From the IMG/VR virus record IMGVR_UViG_3300047462_000172: 24,736 nucleotides of DNA. One strand, written 5' to 3'. The notes under the pieces are model-generated. The model made no database searches. It was given only the letters and a program-made list of their open reading frames with translations, and was not told the origin of the DNA. The stretch is from a virus. The position numbers and the translations under genes were made by a program. Below are positions 23,483 to 24,736 of this stretch, piece after piece; within the stretch, counting starts at the first letter, position 1; the number at the start of each line of letters is the position of its first letter.

Positions 23483-23689
23483 ATGGACACCATGATAGAT
23501 CCAAACGAAGAACTTGACTATTTTGTTGGTAAGAATGTCAACGAAGCACAAAACCTTCTTGTTGATCTTGATGTTGAGTACCGCATTTGGAAGAGTGATG
23601 CTCCTCGTGATACGATGGATTTAAAACCAAATCGTGTTAACCTTCGTGTCGATTGGATGGATAATGTTGTTAAGGCTTATTATGGCTGA
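23483..23689 (+). CDS. Peptidase inhibitor I78/potato inhibitor I-like protein
   Basis: FVGKNVNEA...YRI...TMDLKPNRVNLRVD...V...YG pattern; 68 aa. Confidence 0.7.
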   Translation: MDTMIDPNEELDYFVGKNVNEAQNLLVDLDVEYRIWKSDAPRDTMDLKPNRVNLRVDWMDNVVKAYYG

Positions 23690-23834
23690 TCCAACTATTA
23701 TCGAACGAGCAATGGCAATCTACGCACAGATTCAATCTCCTGTTGCTTGGGCTGATTTAACACCAGAACAACAAGCTGCATGGATTGCAAAAGCAAATTT
23801 TACTTCAACCAGTGCAACATTCATAGCAGGATAA
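23682..23834 (+). CDS. Small hypothetical protein
   Basis: ATG 23682; WADLTPEQQAAW. Confidence 0.6.
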   Translation: MADPTIIERAMAIYAQIQSPVAWADLTPEQQAAWIAKANFTSTSATFIAG

Positions 23835-23837
23835 AAT

Positions 23838-24017
23838 ATGACTACAAGAATCAAAATTGTTAATGAAAGCCACATCACACATCCAGACTCTCACATTGTT
23901 CAAGTTGAACATGCTGGTTCGGTTTATAAGATTGCCCCAGGCTATGACTACACACTTCATGTTTGGCAAGGAATGGAAGTCAAAATAACAGAAGTTTTAT
24001 TCAATGATCCGAAATAG
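23838..24017 (+). CDS. Small beta-rich hypothetical protein (not in ORF track)
   Basis: 59 aa MTTRIKIVNESHITHPDSHIVQVEHAGSVYKIAPGYDYTLHVWQGMEVKITEVLFNDPK; AGGA SD. Confidence 0.65.
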   Translation: MTTRIKIVNESHITHPDSHIVQVEHAGSVYKIAPGYDYTLHVWQGMEVKITEVLFNDPK

Positions 24018-24039
24018 TGGTTTTTGGAAAAGGTGAATT

Positions 24040-24255
24040 ATGGAACCAATGGTACAGCTTTCAGCAGAATCTGCTGACCAACTTGTTGTTGATATTCTTG
24101 AGTATTATGTTAAGGGAATTAAGAAGGATAATCGTTCTTTAATGCGAGACAAAAACAACTTAACTTCTAACAAACTCGAAGATATTCAATACAATGCCCG
24201 AATGATTGAATCAATGGAACACGTGATTACATACTTTAAGGTCCAGCCCTTCTAA
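24040..24255 (+). CDS. Hypothetical protein
   Basis: 71 aa with AAGGTG SD. Confidence 0.7.
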   Translation: MEPMVQLSAESADQLVVDILEYYVKGIKKDNRSLMRDKNNLTSNKLEDIQYNARMIESMEHVITYFKVQPF

Positions 24256-24260
24256 CACCC

Positions 24261-24289
24261 TTTACATTACTCATAGATACTGGTATCAT
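24261..24289 (+). promoter_or_regulatory. sigma70-like promoter with extended -10
   Basis: TTTACA (24261-24266) N17 TATCAT (24284-24289), with TG at 24281-24282. Confidence 0.7.
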
Positions 24290-24310
24290 CGTTTTAAAGA
24301 GGATTTTACC

Positions 24311-24736
24311 ATGTCGAAGAAAATAGATCGCGCTGGAGTCATTCCATATATTGTTGAAGAAGGTCAGATTAAACTTATGTTTATGAAGCCATCTTTACCT
24401 ATGTTTGGGGGTCCTGAATTTCAAATAGCAAAAGGACATGTCGAAAAAGGAGAAGATAATCTAACTGCGGCACTTCGTGAGGGAAAAGAAGAACTTGGAT
24501 TGTTCGAAGGAAATGTCGAAGCAGTTCACGAACTTGGAACCTTTATGGGAAGAACAACCCTTTTTGTTGCAAAGATTAAGGATAAAGATCTTTTTGGAGA
24601 CCCATGTTTGGAAACCAAATCTGTTAGTTGGATGACACCAACAATGTTTGAGGAGTTTGGAAGAGATTTACACAAACCAGTTGTTAAAGCTGCTGTTAGA
24701 TTAATTGCTTCTATTGAAAACAAAAACCAACTAAAT
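24311..24736 (+). CDS. Nudix hydrolase (3'-truncated by window end; not in ORF track)
   Basis: MSKKIDRAGVIPY...; Nudix box GHVEKGEDNLTAALREGKEELGL; GAGG SD; no stop before the window end. Confidence 0.9.
   Translation, partial: MSKKIDRAGVIPYIVEEGQIKLMFMKPSLPMFGGPEFQIAKGHVEKGEDNLTAALREGKEELGLFEGNVEAVHELGTFMGRTTLFVAKIKDKDLFGDPCLETKSVSWMTPTMFEEFGRDLHKPVVKAAVRLIASIENKNQLN

Noticed and set aside
23682-23730. ERAMAI as another copy of the RAMGVI tag
   Set aside because: It is N-terminal, lacks the Tyr and Gly, and has no coupled SD or stop; probably coincidental.
1908-24723. Numerous short antisense or alternate-frame ORFs in the track (e.g. 1908-2168, 4718-5020, 9350-9709, 14909-15241, 16678-17055, 24526-24723)
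   Set aside because: They lie within well-supported genes, lack SD sites and motifs, and look like shadow ORFs.
1-24736. Alternative genetic code (stop-codon reassignment) as in some large phages
   Set aside because: Genes are full-length under code 11, and TAG, TGA and TAA all end genes at sensible boundaries.
1-24736. Bacterial chromosome or plasmid origin suggested by SOD, GGDEF-EAL and Ter genes
   Set aside because: These genes are embedded among many small coupled hypothetical ORFs, phage-type nucleotide enzymes and late-like elements; a large phage is more parsimonious, though no structural hallmark gene is in the window.

Overview
A 24.7 kb segment of a large, AT-rich dsDNA bacteriophage genome. 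It is most likely a T4-superfamily or jumbo myovirus of a proteobacterial host. Genes are densely packed, mostly on the + strand, read with the standard code, and driven by sigma70-like promoters plus candidate T4-late-like ATAAATA elements. Recognisable content: (i) a dispersed 7-deazaguanine DNA-modification set (FolE2, a QueD-like T-fold protein with LxxxHRHxF, a TGT/DpdA-like TIM barrel, QueE) among nucleotide-metabolism genes (P-loop kinase, dUTPase-like protein, DEDDh exonuclease, purine PRTase, Nudix hydrolase, nucleotidyltransferase); (ii) an Fe-type superoxide dismutase coupled to an intact GAF-GGDEF-EAL c-di-GMP enzyme; (iii) a Ter/Tel stress operon (TelA, vWA, DUF475/TerC-like, TerD, a second TelA-like protein); (iv) many small ORFs, three consecutive ones sharing the C-terminal peptide (N/D)Y(E/D)RAMGVIK(K); (v) host-like Smr, DUF3135 and I78 protease-inhibitor genes. 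No tRNA, rRNA, CRISPR array or transposase was seen. All family calls come from motif reading by eye, not database searches.
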